Part shown: positions 28,517-38,943 of the stretch, one piece after another | How positions within the stretch are numbered: position 1 is the first letter of the stretch | Layout: each line of letters starts with the position of its first letter | From: Candidatus Latescibacterota bacterium | GTDB taxonomy: Bacteria > Latescibacterota > UBA2968 > UBA8231 | Direction of reading: 5' to 3' | Length of the DNA stretch: 64,000 bases | Assembly (NCBI GenBank): GCA_965248265.1 | Contig: CBDFJF010000002.1 | Span: 1,888,001-1,952,000 of the forward strand | Notes under the pieces: model-generated | Seen by the model: only the letters and a program-made list of their open reading frames with translations | What the model was told of the DNA's origin: nothing | Databases searched by the model: none | Translations under genes and position numbers: made by a program

Positions 28517-31228
28517 ATGATGACCGGTCACGCAGTTCGGGTCGCGGTGCGTGCGTCGCGGCCGCTGGCCATCGGTGGCGCCGTCGTCCTGGTACTGGCG
28601 CTGGCCTTCACGCAGGCCGATGCGCAGGGATTCGAGCACGAGCGACTGATGGGCACCCGGAGAGCCGGCGAGCTCACGTTCGAACCGACGGGCCCTGGCG
28701 TCCTGTTCAGCGCTCTGGACCCCGCGGTCAAGAAGTGGTATGTCCCCCAGGAGCTGTTTCACGAGTATCGGTGGAAGCAGTGGGAGCACAGCAACTACGC
28801 GAGGGATCGCTACCAGCGCTATGTAGGCACCAATCTCCAGGGGGACTACTTCTACGACATCTACGGTTCGTACATAACCAGAGGATGGCTGGTCTACGAC
28901 TGGAGCCAGACCCAGCCCGAGCAGGGGGGAAGCAACCTGTTCAAGACCGACAAGTTCAGTGGCTGGTTCAACAATCTGGTCGTGGCCTCCGACCACAAGG
29001 GACAGCACCATCTGGCTGTCACCGTGGGCGACGAGATCCGGTCGACCCTGACCCCGATGACCTTCTCCAAGCCGGCGTTCGACGGCATCCAGATCGACTA
29101 TCAGTCCAACAAGTACGAATTGACGGCGCTTCTCTCTCGCATCAGCTCGCCGGGTATCGCCGCCTCAGCGCGAAGCACCATCAACCAACAGACGAGCTCG
29201 ACGACCCTTACCGGCGGGCGCGCGACCGCCCAGGTTGGAGACTATCTCAAACTCGGCGCCAACTACGTGAACGCCCACAACTCCTCTCAGCTCCTCGATG
29301 CCTTCGAGGGCAGCCCGCGAAGCGGGTCGATCGTCTCCAGTCAGAATTCGGACAACGTCACCCGGGTCTTCGTGCGACTCTCGGACGACTCGCCCGGGGA
29401 CGGCGAAGGTGGCGCCACCCTGTTCGCCTGGGACCTGATCATAGAGGCCGACATCGAGAGGATCGACGAAGAGGGGAATGTGAGTTTCGAGAGAGAGAGT
29501 GTCCGGGCCAGCGAAGTCGGGCTGATCCCCGCGCCCCAGGGCGGCTTTCAGAGGCTCGGGTTCTGGGAGGCCAGCGGCTCCGAGCAGATCGAGCTGGTCT
29601 ACGACTTCTCGGTGGGGACGTACACCGGCCCGGATCCGTCAGAGATAAGAAGGGTGACCATCGAGCTGGTGGTGGCCAATGACTACATGATCGAGACGAC
29701 TTCGGACCGCCAGTTCGACAGGAATTTGGCCAGCGTCTACTTGCTGGCTGCCAGGGCCGATGGAAACGTCAAGGATGGCTCCAACCTGACCGTTCTCAAG
29801 ATCCCGTATGGTCTGCCGACGGCGACCGAGATATTTGGGTTTACGCTGGAGGCGACCCGCCTCTTGGGATTCGACCTCTACGGAGAATGGGACCGCAGCG
29901 TCAGTTACAGGAAGCACCCCAACAGGGCGCACACCAAGCACCTGGGGGGCTCCGACGAAGGCGACGGCTGGATGGTGAATCTGTCGAGAATCGCCCATCC
30001 TTTCTTCCTCTTCGGCGAAGCCTATAGCATGGCCGCCAACTACAACACTTCCGTTATAATGGCCAGGGGCGAAACCAACATAGACTACGCGGACAAGAAC
30101 AGGTTTTTCTACGAGCTCGTCGACGACAACGACGATCAGGACAGGTTCCCCGACTGGCAGAGGTTATTCCAAAGCATAGACATCGCGGTGTTCCCCGGGT
30201 ACGACGAAAACCTCGACTACATATCCGATTTCAACCAGAACGACAGCGTGGATCTTCCCAATCGCGTCCCGGACTACGACGAGCCTTTTCTGCGATACGG
30301 AACAGACAGGCCGGATTACCTGTTCGGCATTGACATGAACAACAACCTCTGGGTGGATCGGTTCGAAAACGACGATGAACCGGATTTCCCCTACCCCAGG
30401 GACCACGAGGGATACAACATCTACGGCGGTGTCAACGTGCTTCCCGGCATCAGGCTCACCGTCGGACGAACGGATGAGAAATTGATCGCCGGCGAGGGGG
30501 AAAACAAGACCCACTACATGCTCTTCGTCCTGGAACAGGACTACCCGGGTCTCGGAAGGCTGAAGATCTTCGAGAACATGAGAATCGCCAAGGACACCAT
30601 ACCGAACGGTCTTCGCCAGTGGAGCGAGCTCGAGCGGCGGAACCTTCCAACCGGCGATCCCCTGGCGGCAAAGGACACGTGGATAAACTCCACGTTCATG
30701 AGCTTCAAGTACACGGCGATCGAGGATGTGAACTTCGTGAGTAAACTCAAATATGATCGCTGGCACCAGCGCACAGACCAGGCCGATCTGCGGGAGAACT
30801 TCACCTTCTTCGGTCTCATCAACAAGGTGGACCTCGAGCACAAGATCGCCCATGTCGATCTTATGCCGAGAATAAAGAACGAGCTCAGGCTCGAGTCTCC
30901 GCCGGGCAAATTCGATGCCAAGCGCAGGGAAGACACGGTGCAGCTCTCCCTGCTGGCGCGATGGCCGGTGCTCGCCTCCTCCTCCGTCCAGGCCGGCGTC
31001 GAGTACTCGATCTTCAACCAGCTGCGCAAATCCGAGACCGCGATCAGGGAGGGACTGCTCGACGATTTCACCGAGATCGTCACAGCGCTCCAGTTCTCGA
31101 ACGTCACCGACTACCTGGGTTACCGCCTGGCGACGAAGATGGGTATGAGATTTACCAGAAGATCGATAGATGACGAGACCGAGACGGGCAGAGTGGCCTT
31201 TGCCACGATGTATGCCGGTCTGGAATAA
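28517..31228 (+). CDS. Large exported hypothetical protein, possible outer-membrane beta-barrel with Asp-rich loops
   Basis: RBS GGAGG, signal peptide, amphipathic beta-like segments, DDNDDQD / DENLD / DMNNN motifs; the ORF-track start at 27728 overlaps the upstream gene. Confidence 0.75.
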   Translation: MMTGHAVRVAVRASRPLAIGGAVVLVLALAFTQADAQGFEHERLMGTRRAGELTFEPTGPGVLFSALDPAVKKWYVPQELFHEYRWKQWEHSNYARDRYQRYVGTNLQGDYFYDIYGSYITRGWLVYDWSQTQPEQGGSNLFKTDKFSGWFNNLVVASDHKGQHHLAVTVGDEIRSTLTPMTFSKPAFDGIQIDYQSNKYELTALLSRISSPGIAASARSTINQQTSSTTLTGGRATAQVGDYLKLGANYVNAHNSSQLLDAFEGSPRSGSIVSSQNSDNVTRVFVRLSDDSPGDGEGGATLFAWDLIIEADIERIDEEGNVSFERESVRASEVGLIPAPQGGFQRLGFWEASGSEQIELVYDFSVGTYTGPDPSEIRRVTIELVVANDYMIETTSDRQFDRNLASVYLLAARADGNVKDGSNLTVLKIPYGLPTATEIFGFTLEATRLLGFDLYGEWDRSVSYRKHPNRAHTKHLGGSDEGDGWMVNLSRIAHPFFLFGEAYSMAANYNTSVIMARGETNIDYADKNRFFYELVDDNDDQDRFPDWQRLFQSIDIAVFPGYDENLDYISDFNQNDSVDLPNRVPDYDEPFLRYGTDRPDYLFGIDMNNNLWVDRFENDDEPDFPYPRDHEGYNIYGGVNVLPGIRLTVGRTDEKLIAGEGENKTHYMLFVLEQDYPGLGRLKIFENMRIAKDTIPNGLRQWSELERRNLPTGDPLAAKDTWINSTFMSFKYTAIEDVNFVSKLKYDRWHQRTDQADLRENFTFFGLINKVDLEHKIAHVDLMPRIKNELRLESPPGKFDAKRREDTVQLSLLARWPVLASSSVQAGVEYSIFNQLRKSETAIREGLLDDFTEIVTALQFSNVTDYLGYRLATKMGMRFTRRSIDDETETGRVAFATMYAGLE

Positions 31229-31247
31229 GGGGAGTACGAACGGGACA

Positions 31248-32915
31248 ATGACGAGCTTGAATCTCTCTCTCTCCTGCGGAAGGCCAGGCGGCTCATTACT
31301 GGCTCTGCTGGTGGTTTGCGCGGGCTGCGCGCTCGAGGATGATTCGATCGCCCGAGTCGGCGACCGGGCGATCACGGCTCAGGATGTGCGGGCCTTCATC
31401 GACAAACTGCCCGCAGACGCCAGTGGCGAAGAGGCCGGAAAGGAGCAGCTGAGAGACCATCTGCAGACCATCATCGACTTTGAGCTGATGCTGATGGAAG
31501 CCCGAAGGCAGGGCATCGACAGGAGTTCCGCCTACCTGACCAGGATGGACCAGATCAGGAAGGCGAAGCTCGTCGGCGGGTACGAGGGAAAGTTTATCGA
31601 CACAACGCCACGAGAGGGCGAAGTAGAGGAGTACATAGAGCGGGAGAACCTCACGCGCGCCATCAAACTGGCCGACATCCTGGTGGCCGACCTCGAGACG
31701 GCTGAGCAGGCTGTGAGGGAGATCGAGTCAGGGGCGAGTTTCGCCGACGTCGCCAGGAAGCTGTCGCTGAACAAGCGGACGGCTGCCCGGGGCGGGGACT
31801 CGGGCCGTTTCGGGACCAGGGACCAGATGCTTCCCTTCGTCCCTGAGGAGCTGTTCGGACTCGAGGTAGGCTCGGTGTCAGATCCGGTGCGAATGGGGAA
31901 ACACTACGCCGTCTTCAAGATCCTCGATGACACGACGGCTCAGCTCAATCGGGGGCAGTTGAGGAAGATCGCCGAAGACCTTCAGAGAGAGAAATACAGA
32001 GTCGCGAAAGCCGAGCTGGTGGCTGAACTGACCGATCAATACAGCCTCGAGCCGGTGCCAGAAGGCATCGCCGCCTGCGTCGAGGCACTGCGCGCCGGCG
32101 CGGGGAACCTCGGCCACGACCCGTCCGCGATCGTCCTCTTCAGGTACGACGGCGGAGAGGTCACAGCTGTCGACCTGATCGTCGCGGCCAGAGGTCGCAA
32201 GGGTACCGTCCTGGAGTCATTCCGAGACCCTGAGCAGGTGGTCTCCTTTGCCGAGGAGAACATCATCCCGGACAAGATGATTCAGGAGGCGGCCGTGCGC
32301 CTGGGCATCGATCGTGAAGAGGCTATGGTTCAATGGCTCGAACAGCACGGGAAGCAGACATTGGCTGAAGCTCTCAGGTCCTCCGTGTTGAGGGAGAAAG
32401 TGAATATAACCGAAGACGACCTGCGCCAGTACTACGAGGCCAACTCTCATCGACTACTGCATCCCGAACAAACAGAAGTACAGGAGATCCTGGTGGGTAC
32501 GGAAGCAGAAGCCCTGCGCTTGAAAGGGATGATCGAAGATGGCGCCACGTTCGGTGACCTGGCGAAGGGACATTCTATCCGGTCGCTGGAGGTGCGTGAT
32601 GACGAAGGCGTATTCCACGTGCACCGCCACGAATCGCCCCGGTTCGGCGGTTTCGTGGAAGCTACTGTAGAGGCCGAAATCGGCGCGCTCATCGGACCGG
32701 TCAAGGTGCAAGAGGGCTACTCCCTCTTCAAGGTGCTGTCCCGGGAACGCAAGCGCGAGACCTTCGACGAGGCTGAGATGAGGGTCAGGTCCGAATTGAC
32801 ACGCAAGAGACGCCGCGACGCGTTCAACGAGTCCATGGAAGAGCTGCGCAGCCGCTACGAGTCAGAGGTGGCGATTCACGAGGACAGGCTCGAAGCTGCG
32901 TTTACCGTGCAGTAG
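31248..32915 (+). CDS. SurA/PrsA-like parvulin PPIase with two rotamase domains
   Basis: ILV...GASFADVARKLS...GGDSG and ILV...GATFGDLAKGHS; lipobox-like CAGC. Confidence 0.87.
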   Translation: MTSLNLSLSCGRPGGSLLALLVVCAGCALEDDSIARVGDRAITAQDVRAFIDKLPADASGEEAGKEQLRDHLQTIIDFELMLMEARRQGIDRSSAYLTRMDQIRKAKLVGGYEGKFIDTTPREGEVEEYIERENLTRAIKLADILVADLETAEQAVREIESGASFADVARKLSLNKRTAARGGDSGRFGTRDQMLPFVPEELFGLEVGSVSDPVRMGKHYAVFKILDDTTAQLNRGQLRKIAEDLQREKYRVAKAELVAELTDQYSLEPVPEGIAACVEALRAGAGNLGHDPSAIVLFRYDGGEVTAVDLIVAARGRKGTVLESFRDPEQVVSFAEENIIPDKMIQEAAVRLGIDREEAMVQWLEQHGKQTLAEALRSSVLREKVNITEDDLRQYYEANSHRLLHPEQTEVQEILVGTEAEALRLKGMIEDGATFGDLAKGHSIRSLEVRDDEGVFHVHRHESPRFGGFVEATVEAEIGALIGPVKVQEGYSLFKVLSRERKRETFDEAEMRVRSELTRKRRRDAFNESMEELRSRYESEVAIHEDRLEAAFTVQ

Positions 32916-32925
32916 GGGCGATTCC
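32898..32925 (+). repeat. 28-bp direct repeat R1
   Basis: GCGTTTACCGTGCAGTAGGGGCGATTCC; copies at 40988 and 43651. Confidence 0.9.
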
Positions 32926-33063
32926 CCTTCCTGGAAACGGGCTCGCAAGCGTCCATCGACCGGCTCGCAGGCCCTGATCCACCCCCAATGCACACGCCCA
33001 TCGTGACCTGCACCCATCCCGCCGCTCACCACCCCTCTCGACACGATTCCGCCGCCGACCTAG

Positions 33064-33091
33064 AGTAATCATAATTGCGGTTATCGGTCTA
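33064..33091. other. dif/Xer-like recombination site
   Basis: AGTAATCATAA-TTGCGG-TTATCGGTCTA. Confidence 0.55.
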
Positions 33092-33148
33092 TACATAAGC
33101 ACAGCGTCAATCCACACATCCAAGTCCTCACCTTCGCTGGAGTCTACA

Positions 33149-34651
33149 ATGTCTAGGTTGTTCTTGCGCAGATTTATGACCGCCATTTGTGTGGTTAACT
33201 GCGTCTGTCTTGTATCCATTGCCGCCGAGCCGGTGGACATCGGCTCGCACCGCGAGCTATTCGTCGATGACCATTTTGTCGAGAGGATCGAGGGCGATGC
33301 GCGGCTTGAATTGCAGCGGCCGGTGCCGCGGGATGTGGCGCTGGTCGCCGACGCGCCGTGGGAGGGAAACACCAGTATGTACTACACGCTGTTTCGTGAC
33401 AAAGATGCTTCCGGCGAGGACATCTGCCGCATGTACTACCGCGGCGCGAACTACGACCTGGAGAAGCGCACCGGGACGCACAACCAGGTGGTCTGCTATG
33501 CCGAGAGCAAGGACGCCATCCACTGGACGAAGCCGAATCTGGGGCTAGTCGAATTCGAGGGCTCGAAAGAGAACAACATTGTGTGGGACGGTGCCGGCGC
33601 CCACTGCTTTGCTCCCTTCAAGGACACCAATCCGAACTGCCCACCCGGGTCCCGCTACAAGGCACTCTCGCAGGTCCACAAGAGCGGCAGGCCCCATCAT
33701 GGGGTGCAAGGCGAAATGACCGTCTTCGCCTACAAGTCGCCCGACGGCCTCCGGTGGACGATCAGCGACGGCCCGCTGATCACCAAGGGGGACTTCGATT
33801 CGCAGAACCTGGCCTTCTGGGATCCGCATGCCGGACTATACCGCGAATACCACCGCGTCCGCTTTTTTCAAGATCCAAGCGGAGAGCTTGTCTTGGGCGG
33901 CATACGCGCTCGTCCGGGATTCCGGTCCATCATGACCTCCACGTCGAGCGACTTTTTGAATTGGGTGACCTGGACCGAGCCGGAGCTGCTGGAATTCGAC
34001 GATGACATCGGCCCGGAGCACCTGTACACGAACGCGGTGATGTCGTACCCCCGTGCGCCGCAGATCCTGATCGGCTTCCCCACCCGACTGCTTCCCGAGC
34101 AGAACAACCGCGTGGAGCCGATCCTGATGACCAGCCGCGACGGACGCAGGTTCAAGCGGTGGCCCGACCCGGTGATTCCCGAGGACGCGCCGGAGGAACG
34201 GGCCGGCAACCGCAGCAACTACATGGCCTGGGGGCTCCTGCCCACCCCGGGCAACGACCGCGAGTACTCGGTTTACGCCTCCGAAAACTACCTCTCCACG
34301 ACCCCCACCCGGCTACGGCGTTTCACGTACCGCCTCGACGGATTCGTGGCGCTGCGCGGCGGCGCGGATGGCGGCCAGCTCACCACGAGGCCGCTGTTGG
34401 TGGGCGGCGGGAAGCTGGAGATCAACTATGTGACCCGGCCCGGCGGCCACGTGCGGGTGGGGATCGAGGACGCCGACGGCCAGCCGCTGGCCAACTTTTC
34501 AGCCGCAGACTGCGACCCGCTCGAGGGCGACCAGATCGCAAAGCTCGTCACCTGGAAGAGTGATGGGCAGGGTCCGTTTCCCGGAAGGCCAGTGCGGGTG
34601 CGGTTTGAGGTCAAAGACGCGGAGGTGTATTCGTTTCGGTTCAAGAATTGA
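33149..34651 (+). CDS. Secreted beta-propeller glycosidase-like protein
   Basis: Signal peptide; RELFVDD, YAESKDAIHW.KP.LG, FDSQN, SRDG, RLDGFV. Confidence 0.8.
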   Translation: MSRLFLRRFMTAICVVNCVCLVSIAAEPVDIGSHRELFVDDHFVERIEGDARLELQRPVPRDVALVADAPWEGNTSMYYTLFRDKDASGEDICRMYYRGANYDLEKRTGTHNQVVCYAESKDAIHWTKPNLGLVEFEGSKENNIVWDGAGAHCFAPFKDTNPNCPPGSRYKALSQVHKSGRPHHGVQGEMTVFAYKSPDGLRWTISDGPLITKGDFDSQNLAFWDPHAGLYREYHRVRFFQDPSGELVLGGIRARPGFRSIMTSTSSDFLNWVTWTEPELLEFDDDIGPEHLYTNAVMSYPRAPQILIGFPTRLLPEQNNRVEPILMTSRDGRRFKRWPDPVIPEDAPEERAGNRSNYMAWGLLPTPGNDREYSVYASENYLSTTPTRLRRFTYRLDGFVALRGGADGGQLTTRPLLVGGGKLEINYVTRPGGHVRVGIEDADGQPLANFSAADCDPLEGDQIAKLVTWKSDGQGPFPGRPVRVRFEVKDAEVYSFRFKN

Positions 34652-34773
34652 GCGAGGTTTCTTGAAAGGGTACAGCGCCGCCTGCGTGGCCGCCCTTGCC
34701 CGGGCGCGCCGAGCGGCGATTCTTGAAAGGCACGGCAGATTCCCGACGCACCGTCCGAAAGGAGATAGCTCAC

Positions 34774-36813
34774 ATGAAGAAGGCAATGCTTGTCATTGTG
34801 GCGGTGCTTGTAGTAGCGCTCGCTATGCTGTTTTCCTGCGGCCAGAAAGAGAGCCACACACCCACCGGCGAGCAGGACGCGGCGGGGACCGAGGTGTCCA
34901 CTGCGGTGTCCACCAACGAGCTCGGAAAGGTCGTGAACAAGAGCTACGAGTTCGTGGATCCCAGGACCGGGGATGCGGGAACGGTCGAGATCGAGCGCTT
35001 TCAGGCTTCTCCCGTGTGGAAGGAAATGGTCGAGGCCGGCAAGCTCCCACCCATAGACGAGCGATTGCCTGAAGAGCCCCTGGTCATCAAGCCGATCGAG
35101 AGCATCGGCAAGTACGGCGGCTGGATGGTAAATCTGAGAACCGCCCAGCGCCGTTCCTGGTCAAGAGGCTTGCAGTATGAGTGGCTGGTCAATTGGACCT
35201 ATCCCTACTTCGAGCGCCTGAACCCCAACGTGGCCAAGGGTTGGGAAGTCTCGCCGGACGCGCGAAAGGTGACTTTCTTCCTGCGCAAAGGCATGAAGTG
35301 GAGCGACGGAACGCCCTTCACCGCCGACGCGATCACCTGGTGGTTCGACCACATCGTCCTCAACGACGAGCTCTACCCAACCAAACCGGGGCGTTTCCTG
35401 ACCAGAGGGAACCTGCCCACCGTCCGCAAGCTCAATGAAACCACGGTCGAGTTCGCGTTCACGGATCCCTACCCGATGTTCGTGGAGAACATGGCCCGGT
35501 GCCGGCCCATGTCGTACGCACCCGGACATTATCTAGAAGAGTTCCATCCCGACTTTGCCGGGAAGGAAGACATAGAGAAGATGATGGTGGAAGGCGGCTT
35601 CGACATCTGGGCCGACTTCTTCCGCAGCAAGTGGGACTTCTACAGCAATCCCGATATGCCCACCATCAGCGGCTGGAAGGCGATCAACTACCAGGAGGAA
35701 GTGATCTTCAAGGTCGAGCGCAATCCCTACTACTGGAAGGTCGACACCGAGGGTAAGCAGCTGCCCTACGCAGACGGCATGGAATACGCTTTGGTGCAAA
35801 ACGCCGAGACATGGCTCTTGCAACTGATGGCGGGTGAGCTCACCTGGGCTTTCGGCAGCTCAATTGGCGGATTGGCCAACCTGCCGCTCGTGATGCAGAA
35901 CCAGGAAAGGGGCAACTACCGGATCGTGACCCCATATTGGCCCCCCAACAACGTCTGCACCACGTACTTCAATTTCGCCAATGCTGATCCCGCAAAGAGG
36001 AAGATCATCAACGACCGGAAGTTCCGTCTCGCCCTGCTCAAGGCCATCAACTGGGAGGAGGTGAACGAGATCATTTACGACGGCGGCGCCCTGCCGACGT
36101 GGCCGCGATCGGTGGCGCCGTACGATCCGGATAGTCCTCTGTTCCAGACCCACATCGGCCGGGACATCAGCGAGGCCAATCGGCTACTGGATGAGATGGG
36201 TCTGACGGCCAAGGACAGCGACGGCTTCCGGCTAGGCCCGGACGGGAACGAGCTCATCTTCGTGACGGTTACCATGACCAACTCGCCCCCAGAGGCCGCC
36301 GAGGTCGCTGAGCTCTATCGCGGGTACTGGGGGGAAGTGGGCATCAGGACCGTGGTCAAGTCGCAGAGCCCCCAGTTCGTCACGGAGATGATGCAGGCGG
36401 GTGAGTACGATCTTCACCTGCGCTGGGGGGCCCCGGGCGGGCGTCCCATGAACGTCTTCACTCGCGGGCAGTTGCTTCCCATCAATGCTTGGTGGTTGGT
36501 TTGCCCCCCGTGGGGCGAGTGGACGTCCAGCGGGGGCAAGAAAGGTGAGGAGCCGCCGGAGTACGTCAAGCGGCTCCACGCGATCTACGAAGAAGGCATG
36601 GTCGAGCCGTCGGAGGCGAAGCGCAAGGATCTCGTCATGGAAGCATTTGAGATTTACGTTGACCATCTCCTGATGCTTCCGGGATTCGAAGCGAAGCGAG
36701 CCACGTACACCGCGGTGACGAAATCGCTGCGGAACTTCAGTGTGGGCGACGAGCCGTATGGGACAACGGAGTTCGCCATTGTTCCCTCGCAGACCTTCTA
36801 TTTCGACGACTAG
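34774..36813 (+). CDS. ABC transporter substrate-binding lipoprotein (family 5)
   Basis: Lipobox LFSC; GKLPPIDERLP, IGKYGG, LRKGMKWSDG.PFTA, ERNPYYWKVDTEG.QLPY. Confidence 0.93.
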   Translation: MKKAMLVIVAVLVVALAMLFSCGQKESHTPTGEQDAAGTEVSTAVSTNELGKVVNKSYEFVDPRTGDAGTVEIERFQASPVWKEMVEAGKLPPIDERLPEEPLVIKPIESIGKYGGWMVNLRTAQRRSWSRGLQYEWLVNWTYPYFERLNPNVAKGWEVSPDARKVTFFLRKGMKWSDGTPFTADAITWWFDHIVLNDELYPTKPGRFLTRGNLPTVRKLNETTVEFAFTDPYPMFVENMARCRPMSYAPGHYLEEFHPDFAGKEDIEKMMVEGGFDIWADFFRSKWDFYSNPDMPTISGWKAINYQEEVIFKVERNPYYWKVDTEGKQLPYADGMEYALVQNAETWLLQLMAGELTWAFGSSIGGLANLPLVMQNQERGNYRIVTPYWPPNNVCTTYFNFANADPAKRKIINDRKFRLALLKAINWEEVNEIIYDGGALPTWPRSVAPYDPDSPLFQTHIGRDISEANRLLDEMGLTAKDSDGFRLGPDGNELIFVTVTMTNSPPEAAEVAELYRGYWGEVGIRTVVKSQSPQFVTEMMQAGEYDLHLRWGAPGGRPMNVFTRGQLLPINAWWLVCPPWGEWTSSGGKKGEEPPEYVKRLHAIYEEGMVEPSEAKRKDLVMEAFEIYVDHLLMLPGFEAKRATYTAVTKSLRNFSVGDEPYGTTEFAIVPSQTFYFDD

Positions 36814-36831
36814 ACGGGGACAGCCTTTGTC

Positions 36832-37818
36832 ATGTTACGCTTCATAGGCCGTCGTTTGCTCCTGATGGTGCCCACGCTGATCGCCATCTCCATGCTCTCG
36901 TTCCTCATCATCCAGCTTCCACCCGGTGACTATCTTTCCTTTTACGTGGCCAATCTATCTCAGCAAGGGGAGGAAATAGACGAAGCTGAATTGGAGGCCA
37001 TCAAAGCCCGTTATGGCCTCGATCAACCCATGCCGCTGCAGTACCTGACATGGCTGTGGGGATTCATCCGCGGAGACATGGGCAGGTCGATGCAGTGGGG
37101 AGCGCCAGTGGAGAGCCTCATCGCCGACCGACTCCCCATGAGCATGGCCATCTCGCTTGCCTCGTTGATATTCGTCTACCTCGTGGCCATACCCATCGGG
37201 ACGTATTCCGCGACTCATCAGTACTCAATTGGCGACTACGTCTTCACGACGGTCGGTTTCATCGGATTGGCCATTCCGAACTTCTTCCTGGCGCTGGTTC
37301 TGCTCTACTACTACTACGTGGCCACTGGAGACGTCCTGGTGGGATTCTTCTCCAGAGCCTACCAGGATGCGCCGTGGAGCTTCGCCAGGCTGTGGGACAT
37401 GATGAAGCACCTGTGGCTGCCCACTGTGGTGGTAGGCACCGCCGGTACCTGCGGCCTCATTCGTGTGATGCGGGCCAATCTGCTCGACGAACTGCAGAAG
37501 CCGTACGTCATGGTCGCTCGGTCCAAAGGGCTTTCGAGACGACGCGTGCTGTACAAGTATCCCTTCCGCATGGCGATCAATCCCATGATCAGTACCATCG
37601 GGTGGATGCTCCCCACCCTGTTCGGGGGCGAGCTCCTCGTGTCGATGGTGCTCAACATTCCCACGATTTCTCCGTTGTTCGTGGGCGCGCTTCTGAGCCA
37701 GGATATGTTCCTCGCCGGATCAATCGTGATGATCGTCAGCTCGTTGACGGTGATCGGGACGCTCATATCCGATATCGCCCTGGGGTGGGTGGACCCCCGT
37801 ATCCGGGAGGCCGTGTAG
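36832..37818 (+). CDS. ABC transporter permease (OppB-like)
   Basis: IIQLPPGDY, ARSKGL loop, DPRIR end. Confidence 0.95.
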   Translation: MLRFIGRRLLLMVPTLIAISMLSFLIIQLPPGDYLSFYVANLSQQGEEIDEAELEAIKARYGLDQPMPLQYLTWLWGFIRGDMGRSMQWGAPVESLIADRLPMSMAISLASLIFVYLVAIPIGTYSATHQYSIGDYVFTTVGFIGLAIPNFFLALVLLYYYYVATGDVLVGFFSRAYQDAPWSFARLWDMMKHLWLPTVVVGTAGTCGLIRVMRANLLDELQKPYVMVARSKGLSRRRVLYKYPFRMAINPMISTIGWMLPTLFGGELLVSMVLNIPTISPLFVGALLSQDMFLAGSIVMIVSSLTVIGTLISDIALGWVDPRIREAV

Positions 37819-37819
37819 G

Positions 37820-38932
37820 GTGAAGGGGAAGAAGAATACAACTGGGGATCGCCTGCTGGTCGCTTCGCAATGGCAGCTCATTCGCTGGAAGTTCTTCCGG
37901 CACAAGCTCGCCGTGGGAGCGCTTGTTGTTCTTGGTTTCCTCTATTTCGGGGCCATCTTCGCAGAGTTCGTGGCGCCCATGGATCCGACACAGATCAATG
38001 CCAGGCGCAAGCTCTGCCCGCAGACGAAGATCCACTTCAGTGACGAGAATGGCCTACACCTGCGGCCGTTTGTCTATGGTCTCACCCACACCAAGGATCC
38101 CGAGACGTTGCTGAGGACCTACTCCGAGGACAAGAGTGTCACCTATCGGATACGTTTTTTCGTTTCCTCCTCGGAGTACAAGCTGTGGGGCCTGTTCCGG
38201 AGCAACATCCATCTCTTCGGGGTTGAAGAAGGCGGTGAACTCTTCTTGTTGGGAACGGACCTGTATGGTCGGGACCTGTTTTCCCGCATCATCTACGGTT
38301 CCAGAATATCGCTATCCATAGGGCTCGTCGGCATCGCCGTCAGCTTCGTCCTCGGGGTGTTGATCGGCGGCGTCTCCGGCTACGTCGGCGGAACCGTGGA
38401 CGTGGTGATTCAACGCGTCATCGAGTTCATCAAGTCCATTCCGACCCTGCCGTTGTGGATGGGGCTGAGTGTAGCTCTCCCGCCACACTGGTCCATGATC
38501 AAGGTCTATTTCGGTATCGTGATCATTCTTTCTCTGATCGGGTGGCCGGATCTTGCCCGGGTGGTGCGCGGCAAGTTCATGGCCCTGCGGGAAGAGGATT
38601 TCGTCATGGCTGCTCGATTGCACGGAGCAGGGCAGCTCAAGATCATCCTGAAACACATGCTGCCTTCATTCTACAGCCACATCATCGCCTCGTTGACTCT
38701 CTCGGTGCCAGGGATGATTCTGGGTGAGAGCGCGTTGAGTTTCATAGGCCTGGGGCTGCAGGCGCCGGCCATAAGTTGGGGGGTGCTTCTGCAACAGGGG
38801 CAGGCTATCCGGGTATTGGCAAACGCGCCTTGGCTCATGCTCCCGGGGTTGTGGATCATCGTAACGATCATGGCGTTCAATTTCGTCGGCGACGGGTTGC
38901 GGGATGCGGCCGACCCGTATGCCACGGTGTGA
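37820..38932 (+). CDS. ABC transporter permease (OppC-like)
   Basis: LGTDLYGRDLFSRIIYG, ESALSFIGLG, GDGLRDAADP. Confidence 0.95.
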   Translation: MKGKKNTTGDRLLVASQWQLIRWKFFRHKLAVGALVVLGFLYFGAIFAEFVAPMDPTQINARRKLCPQTKIHFSDENGLHLRPFVYGLTHTKDPETLLRTYSEDKSVTYRIRFFVSSSEYKLWGLFRSNIHLFGVEEGGELFLLGTDLYGRDLFSRIIYGSRISLSIGLVGIAVSFVLGVLIGGVSGYVGGTVDVVIQRVIEFIKSIPTLPLWMGLSVALPPHWSMIKVYFGIVIILSLIGWPDLARVVRGKFMALREEDFVMAARLHGAGQLKIILKHMLPSFYSHIIASLTLSVPGMILGESALSFIGLGLQAPAISWGVLLQQGQAIRVLANAPWLMLPGLWIIVTIMAFNFVGDGLRDAADPYATV

Positions 38933-38943
38933 GGAATTTCGAT

